A stretch of DNA of 43,836 bases, taken from NCBI GenBank assembly GCA_963715335.1, contig CAVQRZ010000041.1, positions 1 through 43,836 on the forward strand, written 5' to 3'. A model generated the notes under the pieces. It had not been told where the DNA came from and searched no databases. It worked only from the letters and a program-made list of their open reading frames with translations. Shown piece after piece: positions 26,850-35,792 of this stretch. Source of the DNA: an uncultured delta proteobacterium. GTDB taxonomy: Bacteria; Desulfobacterota; Desulfuromonadia; Desulfuromonadales; BM103. Within the stretch, counting starts at the first letter, position 1, and every line of letters starts with the position of its first letter. The position numbers and the translations under genes are program-made.

Positions 26850-27449
26850 GTGAATGGTGTTGTTCTCTTGATCGTAGCCGGTGTAGTGCTGATCGCCAGC
26901 AATTTTCAACAGAAAACCCAGGTTATCCTGATGCCTGACAGCGACGGGCAGGTCGGCCAGGTCGAAGTCATTTCGGATGGAGGCTCGCAGGTTTTGTCCG
27001 CGGCTGGCCAGATGACAGTCGTCAAGGGCCGCTCGGCCCCACCAACCGAGGTGAGTGTTCTGGACCAGAAGAAGGTCGCAAGCATGTTCTCGGCAGCGCT
27101 TGCCGTAGAACCGCTCCCCCCCGAGAAATTCCTGCTCTATTTCCTGCCCGACAGCGACCAGCTCACCCAGGAGTCCCTTGAACTTATGCCGCGGGTCATC
27201 GCGGCTATTCATGAGCGCAAATCATCGGATGTCGGGATCTACGGCCATACGGACCGGCTTGGTTCCGATACCTACAACCTGACCCTCTCCATGCAGCGGG
27301 CCCTTGCAGTTCAGGCTATTCTCGTCAACCAGGGCGTTCGCCCCGAGGATACGGAAACCGCGTCACATGGTGAAGGCAATCCCCTGATCGCTACGCCGGA
27401 CGGAGTTGCCGAGCCGCGCAACCGCCGCGTCGAAGTCATCATTCGATAA
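26850..27449 (+). CDS. OmpA-family peptidoglycan-binding protein
   Basis: N-terminal hydrophobic segment; LYF, GHTDRLG...YN..LS..RA, SHGE.NP, NRRVEV of OmpA_C-like domains. Confidence 0.88.
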   Translation: MNGVVLLIVAGVVLIASNFQQKTQVILMPDSDGQVGQVEVISDGGSQVLSAAGQMTVVKGRSAPPTEVSVLDQKKVASMFSAALAVEPLPPEKFLLYFLPDSDQLTQESLELMPRVIAAIHERKSSDVGIYGHTDRLGSDTYNLTLSMQRALAVQAILVNQGVRPEDTETASHGEGNPLIATPDGVAEPRNRRVEVIIR

Positions 27450-27466
27450 TACAGCCGTTTATCATC

Positions 27467-29512
27467 ATGTCCCGTCGCATATGGAAACAAACTTCATACA
27501 GGCTGAAACCTCTTTGGGAGGGGCGCGGTGTCCTCCTCTTTTTTGGCCTCCTGTTCACTGCCCTGGCTGCTTTCGCCCTGGTCTACCCTCCCGAACTGAT
27601 TCGTCTGTTAAACCACAGGACGTATGACACCATGCTGACCGGCCGACCGGTGCCAGCGGGCAGTGACGTACCGGTCTTGGTCGCTATCGACGAGCAGAGC
27701 CTGCAGGCTTTTGGTCAATGGCCATGGCCGCGCTACCGAATCGCACAAATGATCGAACGACTCAGGGACCTTGGCGCCGCAGCCATTGCTCTCGATATGC
27801 TCATGCCGGAGGTGGACCGAACGTCCCTTGACGTGATCTTCGAGGAAAGAGCACGTGACCTCGATGAGTTTTATCCTGCCTGCAGCTTTCCGCGCGGTGA
27901 GGGACAGAATGATCAGACGCTGGCCGCCGCCCTCAGAGCAACGCCCTCAATTCTGGGTTACAAGTTGTTGTTTGACGAGGTCTCCACAAAACAGCAATCC
28001 TTGCCAGAGCCCTTGCGGCAGGTTGTGGTTCGACGCATGGAAGGCTCCAAGGACAACTGGCCCAGAGCGTCCGGCATTATTGCCAGCAGAGAGCTGCTCT
28101 TTTCTTCAGCACGGGCCGGGGGCTTTATCAACGCTAAGGCAGATTCTGACGGCTTGCTGCGACGAATCCCGCTGCTGCTCAGCGGTGATCCGGGTTATTA
28201 CCCGAGCCTGGCTTTGTCTGCACTGCTGATGACACAGACCGACAATGAGCTACGGATAAACCGGCTACCTGGCGGAACCAGCCTGGAGCTGAATGGCCGA
28301 CAGGTCCCGTTGGATGAGCAGGGCAATCTGCTGCTCGCGTTTCGCGGCCGGCAGAAATCCTTTGAATACCTCTCTGCGGCGGATGTGCTCGCAGGCAAGC
28401 TCCCTGATAACCACCTCGCGGGGAAGATCGCTTTTGTCGGAGCCTGGGCCGCCGGGCTGGGCGATCGGCATGTGACTCCCTTCGACAGTGCTTATCCCGG
28501 CCTCGAAATCCATGCGACGGTTGTCGATAGCATCCTGACCGGCAACTTTATCTCGATCCCCGGCTGGGCTTCCGGAGCAGAGTTTTTCTTTGTTGTGCTG
28601 ATCGGCCTTTTCTCCACACTGGTCCTCGTCCGTTTCGGGTTTTTATCAACCTTTCTCTTGCTTGTCTGTGTCGGAGTCTCGGTATTTCTAGGGGCAATGA
28701 TGATATTCCGCGCCGACGGCGTATATGTCTCACCGGTCCTGCCGATACTGGTTCTGCTGGTCAATACCAGCGTCCTCAGCCTGCTGAAGTACGGTATCGA
28801 GGCGCAAAAGGTTTTTGTCCGGACCAGGGCCCTCGTCCATGCCCAGGACGCAACGATTATCGGTATGACCGCCCTCGCAGAAACCCGCGATGAGGAAACC
28901 GGAGAGCATATTCTGAGGACCCAACACTATGTCGAAGTCCTGGCCAGAAGGCTCAGTGCGCAGGAAAAATACAAAAAGGATCTGAATGAAGAAGTCATCG
29001 AGCTTATGTTCAAGTCTGCGCCGCTGCACGATATCGGCAAGGTCGGAATCCCGGACGGGATCCTTTGCAAGCAGGGTGATCTGACCGAGGATGAATATCG
29101 GATCATGAAAAGCCATACCCTGATCGGGGCCAGGGCCCTGGACAGGGCTTTTGAACGGGTCGACGATCCGGAGGTGCTGGCGTTTTTACACTACGCCCGC
29201 CAGATGGCGGAGGCCCATCACGAAAGATGGGATGGCTCGGGCTATCCGCATGGTTTGTCAGGCCAAGACATCCCCCTTGCCGGGCGGCTCATGTCGCTGG
29301 CAGACATTTACGATGCCGTGATCAGCAAGCGGGTTTACAAACCGGCGTTCCCGCATGAAGACGCGAAAAGAATCATCCTGGGGTTCAGGGGAACCTCTCT
29401 TGATCCTGCCGTGGTTGATGTCTTTCTGGAATGCGAAGCAGCCTTTCGGCAGATCGCCATTAAATATGCCGACCCGGACGAGCGGGAAGAGGTTCCGGTG
29501 CCCTTGTCGTAG
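27467..29512 (+). CDS. CHASE2-domain HD-GYP cyclic-dinucleotide phosphodiesterase
   Basis: TM, CHASE2 (AIDEQSL..FGQWPWPR, D.DG.LRRIP, TP....PGLEIHA), three TMs, then ETRDEETGEH, LHDIGK, HHERWDGSGYP, ADIYDA..S.R.YK. Confidence 0.92.
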   Translation: MSRRIWKQTSYRLKPLWEGRGVLLFFGLLFTALAAFALVYPPELIRLLNHRTYDTMLTGRPVPAGSDVPVLVAIDEQSLQAFGQWPWPRYRIAQMIERLRDLGAAAIALDMLMPEVDRTSLDVIFEERARDLDEFYPACSFPRGEGQNDQTLAAALRATPSILGYKLLFDEVSTKQQSLPEPLRQVVVRRMEGSKDNWPRASGIIASRELLFSSARAGGFINAKADSDGLLRRIPLLLSGDPGYYPSLALSALLMTQTDNELRINRLPGGTSLELNGRQVPLDEQGNLLLAFRGRQKSFEYLSAADVLAGKLPDNHLAGKIAFVGAWAAGLGDRHVTPFDSAYPGLEIHATVVDSILTGNFISIPGWASGAEFFFVVLIGLFSTLVLVRFGFLSTFLLLVCVGVSVFLGAMMIFRADGVYVSPVLPILVLLVNTSVLSLLKYGIEAQKVFVRTRALVHAQDATIIGMTALAETRDEETGEHILRTQHYVEVLARRLSAQEKYKKDLNEEVIELMFKSAPLHDIGKVGIPDGILCKQGDLTEDEYRIMKSHTLIGARALDRAFERVDDPEVLAFLHYARQMAEAHHERWDGSGYPHGLSGQDIPLAGRLMSLADIYDAVISKRVYKPAFPHEDAKRIILGFRGTSLDPAVVDVFLECEAAFRQIAIKYADPDEREEVPVPLS

Positions 29513-29542
29513 GACGCTCCATACGGAGATCCGAGGAAAAGT

Positions 29543-30844
29543 TTATTCTCGGGTTGCCATCCCCAGCAGTTCCGTTACATGCACAACCTCCTGCGGCATG
29601 CCGGCCTGCTTCAATCCCCAGGCGAGCTGCAGGTGACAGCCCGGGTTGGCAGTGACCAGCAACTCGGCACCGCTTGCCTGGATATTTTCAAGTTTGCGGT
29701 CGAGGATCTGCCGGCTTTCTCCGGTGTATTTAAGACTGAAGGTCGCCGCGCTGCCACAGCACCAGCTGGCCTCGTTCAGTTCGCGGAAATCGATGCCGGG
29801 AATCGCTTTGATCAGATCCCTTGGCTGCTTGCTGACCCCCTGGGCGTGACAGAGGTGGCAAGGCTCGTGGTAAGTGACGACCTTTTCCACCGGCTTCAGT
29901 CTGTCGGTGCGCAATCCCTGCTCGGCGAGGAATTCGCTGATATCCTTGATCCTGCTGTGGAAGAGAGTCAGCTTGTCGTGTTCTGACGATTCCTCCAGCA
30001 ACTCCTCGTATTCCTTGAGGGCGGCACCGCAGCCGGCGCAATCGGTGACGATCGCATCCACCTCGAGTTCCATGAACAGGTCGAGGTTGTGGCGGGCCAA
30101 GCTACGGGTTGTCTCGCGATCGCCCTCGTTGAGATGCGGCGCGCCACAGCACTTCTGTTGTTTCGGGGTGATCACCTCAAAGCCCTGGCTGGTCAGAACC
30201 TTGACCGTCTGCCTGGACACTTCGGGGTACATCAGAGTCATGATGCAGCCGAGGAAAAACGCCACCCGACCGCGCTGCTCACCTTCGGCCGGGATCACCT
30301 CCGGCAGTTGCGGGCGCAACGGCGGATGCAGCTCCGGCATCATCCCTTCGGCCTTAGCCACCCATTCCGGACCGAGCTTGAGGACGTGCGAATGGCGGAC
30401 CAGCCACTGGATGCCGAGTTTCTGATAGAGTCGGGCCGGCAGCATAGACGTTTCGAGCAGGTCGGGAGATGGCAGCATGCGCTGCAGGACGAACTCGCGG
30501 AACTTGCGCACGGCTCCGGTCAGAGGGAAGGCTTCCTGGGCCTGGTTGCGACAGGCCTCCATAACCTGGCCGGCATGTACGCCGGACGGGCAGGCTGTTG
30601 AGCAGGCACGGCAATCGAGACAGAAGAAAGATTCTTCCTTGAGTGCGCCGGTAAAGTCGAGCTGGTCGTCAGCGACCGCCTTGGCCAGGGCAACCCGGCC
30701 ACGCGGCGAGGAGCGCTCCCGGCCGGTCAGGACATAGGTCGGGCAGGTCGGCAGGCAGAAACCGCAGCGCATGCATTGCAGCAACCCTTCGTAATTCGGT
30801 TCGTCGGCAAGAGGAAAGTTGCCAAGACATTTTTTCTCAGCCAC
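29543..30844 (-). CDS. glcF: Glycolate/D-lactate dehydrogenase iron-sulfur subunit
   Basis: Two CxxCxxCxxxCP clusters, SPRGR, two CCG domains, TANPGC; GTG start overlaps the glcD end. Confidence 0.88.
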   Translation of the reverse strand: MAEKKCLGNFPLADEPNYEGLLQCMRCGFCLPTCPTYVLTGRERSSPRGRVALAKAVADDQLDFTGALKEESFFCLDCRACSTACPSGVHAGQVMEACRNQAQEAFPLTGAVRKFREFVLQRMLPSPDLLETSMLPARLYQKLGIQWLVRHSHVLKLGPEWVAKAEGMMPELHPPLRPQLPEVIPAEGEQRGRVAFFLGCIMTLMYPEVSRQTVKVLTSQGFEVITPKQQKCCGAPHLNEGDRETTRSLARHNLDLFMELEVDAIVTDCAGCGAALKEYEELLEESSEHDKLTLFHSRIKDISEFLAEQGLRTDRLKPVEKVVTYHEPCHLCHAQGVSKQPRDLIKAIPGIDFRELNEASWCCGSAATFSLKYTGESRQILDRKLENIQASGAELLVTANPGCHLQLAWGLKQAGMPQEVVHVTELLGMATRE

Positions 30845-32244
30845 GGTTTTCCTCCGCTGCCTCATCGGTAAAGATCTTGCCGGGGTTCAGAACTCCGTGC
30901 GGATCGAAGCTGCGCTTGATGCGGCGCATGATATTGACGCCGCCGGCGCCGATCTGACGTTCCAGGTAGTCTTTCTTGGCCAGGCCGATGCCGTGCTCAC
31001 CCGAGACGGTGCCACCCCAGGCCAGGACCTTGTCATAGAGCTCATGGTAGAAGGCATGGGCACGCTCCATCTCGTCACGATTACGCTCGTCACAAAGGAC
31101 GGTCGGATGCAGGTTGCCGTCACCGGCATGGCCGAAGGTGCCGACCTTGAGGCGGAATTTTTCACTGAGGCGTTCGATCTCATCGAAGGTCTCGGCCAGG
31201 CGGCTGCGCGGCACGGTGGCATCTTCGAGCAGAGTGGTCGGGGAAACCCGCGCCAGTGCGGACAGAGCTGTCCGACGGGCAGCAGCCAACTGGTTGGCGT
31301 GCTCGGCATCGGCCGCTTCATGGATTTCAGCCGCCCCGACTTTCTGCAGAACCTGCCTTTACGCCGTCTGCCTCCTCGGCGACAACTGCCGGATGACCGT
31401 CCACTTCGATCAGCAACAAGGCTGCCATCTCCAGCGGCAGGCCGATCTTGGCGTAACCTTCGACACATCTGATCGTCGCGTTGTCCATAATCTCCAGCGT
31501 TGAAGGGATGATCTTGGCCGCGATAATACTGGAAACCGCTTGACCTGCCGTGCGGGTATCCCTGAAGTAGGCCAGCAGGGTGCGTTTGGCCTGCGGCGGC
31601 GGGATCAACTTGAATGTCGCTTCGGTGATGATGCCCAGGGTCCCTTCGCTGCCGACCAGCAGGTCTTTGAGTGCGTAACCGGCGACATCCTTGACGCTCT
31701 TGCCGCCGGTGGCAAAGGTCAGGCCGTCGCCGAGAACACCATTAAGCGCCATGACGTAATCGCGGGTAACACCATACTTGAGACCGCGCAGGCCGCCAGC
31801 GTCTTCGGCGATGTTGCCACCCAAGGTGGAGATTTTCTGCGAGCCTGGATCAGGTGGATAAAAGAGGCCCTTGGCCATGAGGGCGTTGAAGAAGTCCAGG
31901 GTGACTACTCCGGCCTGGGCCGTTGCGGTCAGGTTCTCCTCGTCAATCTCGAGAATCCGATTGAGCCGGGTCATGCAGAGGATGATCCCACCCCGTGCGG
32001 CAATACTGCCACCTGAGAGGCCGGTTCCGGAACCGCGCGGGACGATCGGCAATCCTTCCTCGCGGGCAAAGTTGACGATCTCGGCTACCTGCTCCGATTC
32101 GGTCGGAAAGACCACGACATCCGGAAGAAGCTGGATCTCAGGAGTGGCGTCGTAGCCGAAGGTGATCAGGTCTTCTTTCTCGTGCAGGACGTTTGCGACG
32201 CCCAACTTGTCGATCAGGTTCTGAATAGCTGATTTCGAAATCAT
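30837..32244 (-). pseudogene. glcD: FAD-linked glycolate/D-lactate dehydrogenase subunit with one frameshift (pseudogene or sequencing error)
   Basis: PRGSGTGLSGG, YPPDPGS, GSEGTLG in the first ORF; GHAGDGNLH, SGEHGIG, LNPGK in the second. One extra base near 31356-31360 joins them (..DGVK-QVLQKVGAAEIHEAAD..). Confidence 0.85.
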
Positions 32245-32332
32245 GGTTATCCCAATATGTCAGTTGAGAGCCTTTCCCGGCCCGAGTTCTCGTGGTGTCA
32301 TATTCCCGGTTCTGCGGAAGCTGGCGTGTGGT

Positions 32333-32479
32333 TCAGAAACCCTCTTCGTGGTAGCCGTCCGGGATGCGTACGACCAGTGCTGGCCGGTTTCCGCTCTACA
32401 TGGTCTCGTGAGTGGTTGTGCCCCGTAACGCATCGTCCCCCATGTCGGTGTAAAGAATCTTTTTGATCTTGGGTAACAC
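32333..32479 (-). pseudogene. Internally deleted universal stress protein (UspA/TeaD-like) relic
   Basis: Manual translation from GTG 32479: MLPKIKKILYTDMGDDALRGTTTHETM*SGNRPALVVRIPDGYHEEGF*. A Usp N-terminus (KKILxxTD) is joined to a Usp C-terminus (G-S/T..PxLVV), with an in-frame TAG at 32396-32398. Confidence 0.7.
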
Positions 32480-32512
32480 GGCTTGACCTTTCGCGGTTTA
32501 ATGGCTGCGTTG

Positions 32513-33853
32513 TTAACTGCCGAAAAAGATTCCTGGCAACCAGGTGATGATTTCCGGGAAATACATCAAGATGGCCAGAGCGATGAGTTGAATGGCCACG
32601 AAAGGAATGATCCCCCGGTAGACATCGCCCATAGTGTACTCCGGTGGGGCAACGCCCTTGAAATAGAAGAGGGCATAGCCGAACGGCGGAGTCAAAAACG
32701 AGGTCTGCAGGTTGATGCAGACCATCATGGCAAACCATAGGGGATTGAAATCGAGGTCCAGGGCGATCGGTGTAAAAATCGGCACGACCACCAACAGGAT
32801 GGCTGCCCAGTCGATGAACATCCCCATGACGAAAACAACGGCCATCATAATGATGAAAACGACGTAGGGGCTGACGTCCATGCCGAGCAGTACATCCGCA
32901 ACGACATCACCTCCGCCCATGCTCAAAAAGACCACGGAAAAGAATTTGCCGCCGACAAAAAGGGCCATGATCATTGCTGTCGTGCGGGCGGTCGACACGC
33001 AGGACTGGGTGATGACCTGCCAGTTCAGCTTGCGCGTTGCGAGGGCCAGGATCAAGGCACCGATGCAGCCGAGCGCTGCGGCTTCGGTCGGCGTGGCGAC
33101 ACCTGCCAGAATCGTTCCCATGACCGTGAGAATCAGGCCGAACGGTGGAACGAAGTTCTTCATCGTCATGGAGACTTTTTGGCCGAGGGTTGCGGTGCGG
33201 TCTTCTTTCGGAATCGGTGGCCCCAGTTTGGGGTTCATGTAGCAGCGTACGCCAACGTAAAGCAGGTACAGCCCGGAGAGCAACAATCCCGGCAGGATGG
33301 CCGCGGCAAAGAGATTGCCGACGGACGTCTCTTTCTGCCCGGTCAGGCCGCCGTAAACAACCAGCATGATCGATGGCGGAATCAGGATACCCAGGGTGCC
33401 CGACGAGCAGATGATGCCGGCCCCCAGACCGCGATCGTAGCCCCGGCGCAGCAAAGCCGGTCCGGCCATGAGTCCCATGGCGACCACCGAGGCGCCGATG
33501 ATGCCGGTGGTCGCGGCAAACACGGTCGAGACCACGATAACGGCCATCCCGAGCCCGCCGCGCAGGCCGCCAAGAACCTGGTATAACGCGTCGAACAAGC
33601 CCTCTGACACCTTGGACCGGTCCAAAATTTGCGCCATGAAGATAAACAGCGGGATGGCGACCAAGGTGTAATTGAGGAAAATCCCCCAGGCGTTGTTGGC
33701 AAACAACCCGAGCAGGCCGGAGACGTCGAAGCCGTTTTCAATCAGGCCAAAGACTGTTGCCACTGCGGCCAAGGTGACGGCCAGGGGGTGCCCCATGGCA
33801 ATCGAGGCCATCAGGGTCACAAACATGAGTATGGTCAGGACTTCTACGCTCAT
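32513..33853 (-). CDS. dctM: TRAP transporter large permease
   Basis: LVAIPLFIFM, AATTGIIGAS, GTLGILIPPSI, TPTEAA, FLTPPFG. Confidence 0.95.
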   Translation of the reverse strand: MSVEVLTILMFVTLMASIAMGHPLAVTLAAVATVFGLIENGFDVSGLLGLFANNAWGIFLNYTLVAIPLFIFMAQILDRSKVSEGLFDALYQVLGGLRGGLGMAVIVVSTVFAATTGIIGASVVAMGLMAGPALLRRGYDRGLGAGIICSSGTLGILIPPSIMLVVYGGLTGQKETSVGNLFAAAILPGLLLSGLYLLYVGVRCYMNPKLGPPIPKEDRTATLGQKVSMTMKNFVPPFGLILTVMGTILAGVATPTEAAALGCIGALILALATRKLNWQVITQSCVSTARTTAMIMALFVGGKFFSVVFLSMGGGDVVADVLLGMDVSPYVVFIIMMAVVFVMGMFIDWAAILLVVVPIFTPIALDLDFNPLWFAMMVCINLQTSFLTPPFGYALFYFKGVAPPEYTMGDVYRGIIPFVAIQLIALAILMYFPEIITWLPGIFFGS

Positions 33854-33883
33854 TGGTCTCTTGTCTCCAGGTTAATCAGATCT

Positions 33884-34381
33884 TCAGGGCTTGGTTTTCA
33901 GGGAACGGATGTCTTGGATCAGCTTGGCTACCCCTTGCAGAAAGAACAGGATAAAGCCAAAAGCCATGAGCGTTTTCACCGGATAGATCGGCGGTGCCCA
34001 GGAACTCGAGGCATGCTCCCACTCCTGCCACGAATCGGCGGCAAGAACGCAGGCGTAAACGGTGAGCAGGCCGATCGCAGGAACGAAGAGAACGAGGTTG
34101 GAGATAATCCGCAGAATGATGCGTGGCCTCTCCGGCAATCTCGCTTCAAAGACGTCGATGGAGACGTGGGTATCGTGCTTGTGCGCATACGCCAGAGCAA
34201 AAGAGTAATGGGCGCCGTAGAGGAATACGGTCAATTCAAAAGCCCAGGATGTTGGCGCATTGAATCCGTAGCGCATAATAACCTCCCAGACCACCACCAT
34301 GATAAGCGGCAATACGAGATAGGAGGCATAGAAGCCAAACTTTTCGTTGAGAGTATCGATCGCGCTGTCAATCTTGAACAT
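33884..34381 (-). CDS. dctQ: TRAP transporter small permease
   Basis: Four TMs, EV..RY.FNAPT.WA.E, HV.ID; lies between dctP and dctM. Confidence 0.93.
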   Translation of the reverse strand: MFKIDSAIDTLNEKFGFYASYLVLPLIMVVVWEVIMRYGFNAPTSWAFELTVFLYGAHYSFALAYAHKHDTHVSIDVFEARLPERPRIILRIISNLVLFVPAIGLLTVYACVLAADSWQEWEHASSSWAPPIYPVKTLMAFGFILFFLQGVAKLIQDIRSLKTKP

Positions 34382-34427
34382 GTCAACCTCTTAACCGGGA
34401 GTGTGTTGTTTGTGATCCGTTGAACAA

Positions 34428-34451
34428 TGCGGGAGCCCGCAGGCTCCCGCA
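34428..34451 (-). terminator. Stem-loop between dctP and dctQ (partial terminator or mRNA stabiliser)
   Basis: Perfect 10-bp stem TGCGGGAGCC-N4-GGCTCCCGCA, followed by TTGTT on the minus strand. Confidence 0.65.
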
Positions 34452-34463
34452 ACTTTTCAGGCT

Positions 34464-35621
34464 TTATTGCAAGTGCTTGCCTTTGACATACTGCTCGTAA
34501 GGCCACGGCGCAACGCCGCTACGCTCCTGTCGCCAGTCGGCGAAGTCGGCCTTGAACTGGTCCTGGGAGTCCATGACCTTCTTCACGTCCGGGTATTTCG
34601 CTTTCAGGCTCTCGATGTATTCGTGGGAGGCCTTGGCAAAGTTGTTGATGGTCTCCTCGTCCATGCGGACGAATTCGACCTTTTCCTTGAACAGCTTGAC
34701 CGCCTCGGCGTTAAGGTTCTCCTGCCATGCCGTCGACCAGAGCTGGGTCTCCTTGGCGGCAATGTCAATGATCCACTTCAGGTCAGCCGGCAGCTTGTCG
34801 TAGGAGTCCTTGTTAATGAACAGGGCGCTCTGGCAAGAAGGCTGGTGAACGCCGGGCTGGATGACGTACTTGGTGATGTCGTCGAAGCCCATCGGGTAGT
34901 TGATGGCGGGCGTGCTGAATTCGGCGGCATCAATGACGCCGCGCTCCAGGGCGAGATAGACTTCGCCGCCGGGCAGGGGCGAAACGCTGGCACCCAGATT
35001 GGTCATGATATCCATATACCAGCCCGGGGTCCTGACGCGCATGCCTTTGAAGTCGGACATCTTGGATGCTTTCTTGTTCGAGAACAGGCCCAACTCCTGA
35101 CCGACATTGCCGCCTGGCAGGGCGAACAGGTTGTAGCGGCCGTACAGCTCCTGCATCATTTCCAGACCGCCACGCTCGTACAGCCAGATGTTATAACCTT
35201 CAGCATCCAGGCCGAAAGGGACCGACGCGAAGGCGACAAACGCCTCGTTCTTGCCTTTCCAGTAGCCCGGCCAGTCGTGGCCGATGTCGGCCTGGCCTTT
35301 GCTGACCGCATCGAAGCTTTCCATGGCACCGACCAGTTCGCCGGCGGAGAACAGCTTGATCTCCAGACGGCCGCCCGAGGCCAGGGCAACGGAGTCGGCA
35401 AAGTGTTGCGCCAGGTCATAGAACAGCAGGCCCTTGGACCATGGCATGACCATTTTCCACTTGAACGTTTCCGTTGACGGCTTGATGGTGCGCAGTTCCT
35501 TTTTGACCTCTTCGTGACGTTTGTCCGCACCGAACTTTTCACGTTTTGCGGCGAATGCGGTTGGAGCCAGGGCCAGGCTGAGAACGACCAGCAGGCCAAC
35601 GATCTGTTTCATTTTCCTCAT
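34464..35621 (-). CDS. dctP: TRAP substrate-binding protein (TakP / lactate-2-oxoacid binding type)
   Basis: Signal peptide, SGGRLEIKLFSAGELV...FDAVS.G, YWKGK, PFG, GMRVRTPG, EVYLALERGVIDAAEF; GGAGG SD before ATG 35621. Confidence 0.92.
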   Translation of the reverse strand: MRKMKQIVGLLVVLSLALAPTAFAAKREKFGADKRHEEVKKELRTIKPSTETFKWKMVMPWSKGLLFYDLAQHFADSVALASGGRLEIKLFSAGELVGAMESFDAVSKGQADIGHDWPGYWKGKNEAFVAFASVPFGLDAEGYNIWLYERGGLEMMQELYGRYNLFALPGGNVGQELGLFSNKKASKMSDFKGMRVRTPGWYMDIMTNLGASVSPLPGGEVYLALERGVIDAAEFSTPAINYPMGFDDITKYVIQPGVHQPSCQSALFINKDSYDKLPADLKWIIDIAAKETQLWSTAWQENLNAEAVKLFKEKVEFVRMDEETINNFAKASHEYIESLKAKYPDVKKVMDSQDQFKADFADWRQERSGVAPWPYEQYVKGKHLQ

Positions 35622-35680
35622 GGTGTGCCTCCTTCGTGTAGGTTGCAGGGTTGTTGGTGCCATAGGATCACTAACCAACA

Positions 35681-35747
35681 GCATGATAAGACCAATAAAT
35701 GGTAAGACCAGTTGTTGAACGGTAACGAATGATCCTTTTCAGGTCAA
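35681..35747 (-). promoter_or_regulatory. sigma70 promoter of the TRAP-glcDF operon with tandem GntR operators
   Basis: Minus strand TTGACC (35747-35742), 17 nt, TACCGT (35724-35719), then AACTGGTCTTACCATTT (35713-35697) and TATTGGTCTTATCATGC (35697-35681). Confidence 0.75.
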
Positions 35748-35792
35748 GAAAAAAAATAAAACGATGTTATCTGTTATCTGAAATCGTCTTTA

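Noticed and set aside
31350..31365. Programmed ribosomal frameshift in glcD (GTAAAGG)
   Set aside because: A +1 shift is needed, there is no canonical slippery heptamer or obvious stimulator, and I know of no recoding in glcD; an indel is simpler.
32396..32398. In-frame TAG in the usp relic as pyrrolysine or readthrough
   Set aside because: No pyl genes in the window, other genes use TAG as a stop, and the gene is also largely deleted.
32298..32738. 146-aa minus-strand ORF overlapping the dctM 3' end
   Set aside because: Out-of-frame overlap with dctM and implausible composition; the meaningful frame in this gap is the usp relic.
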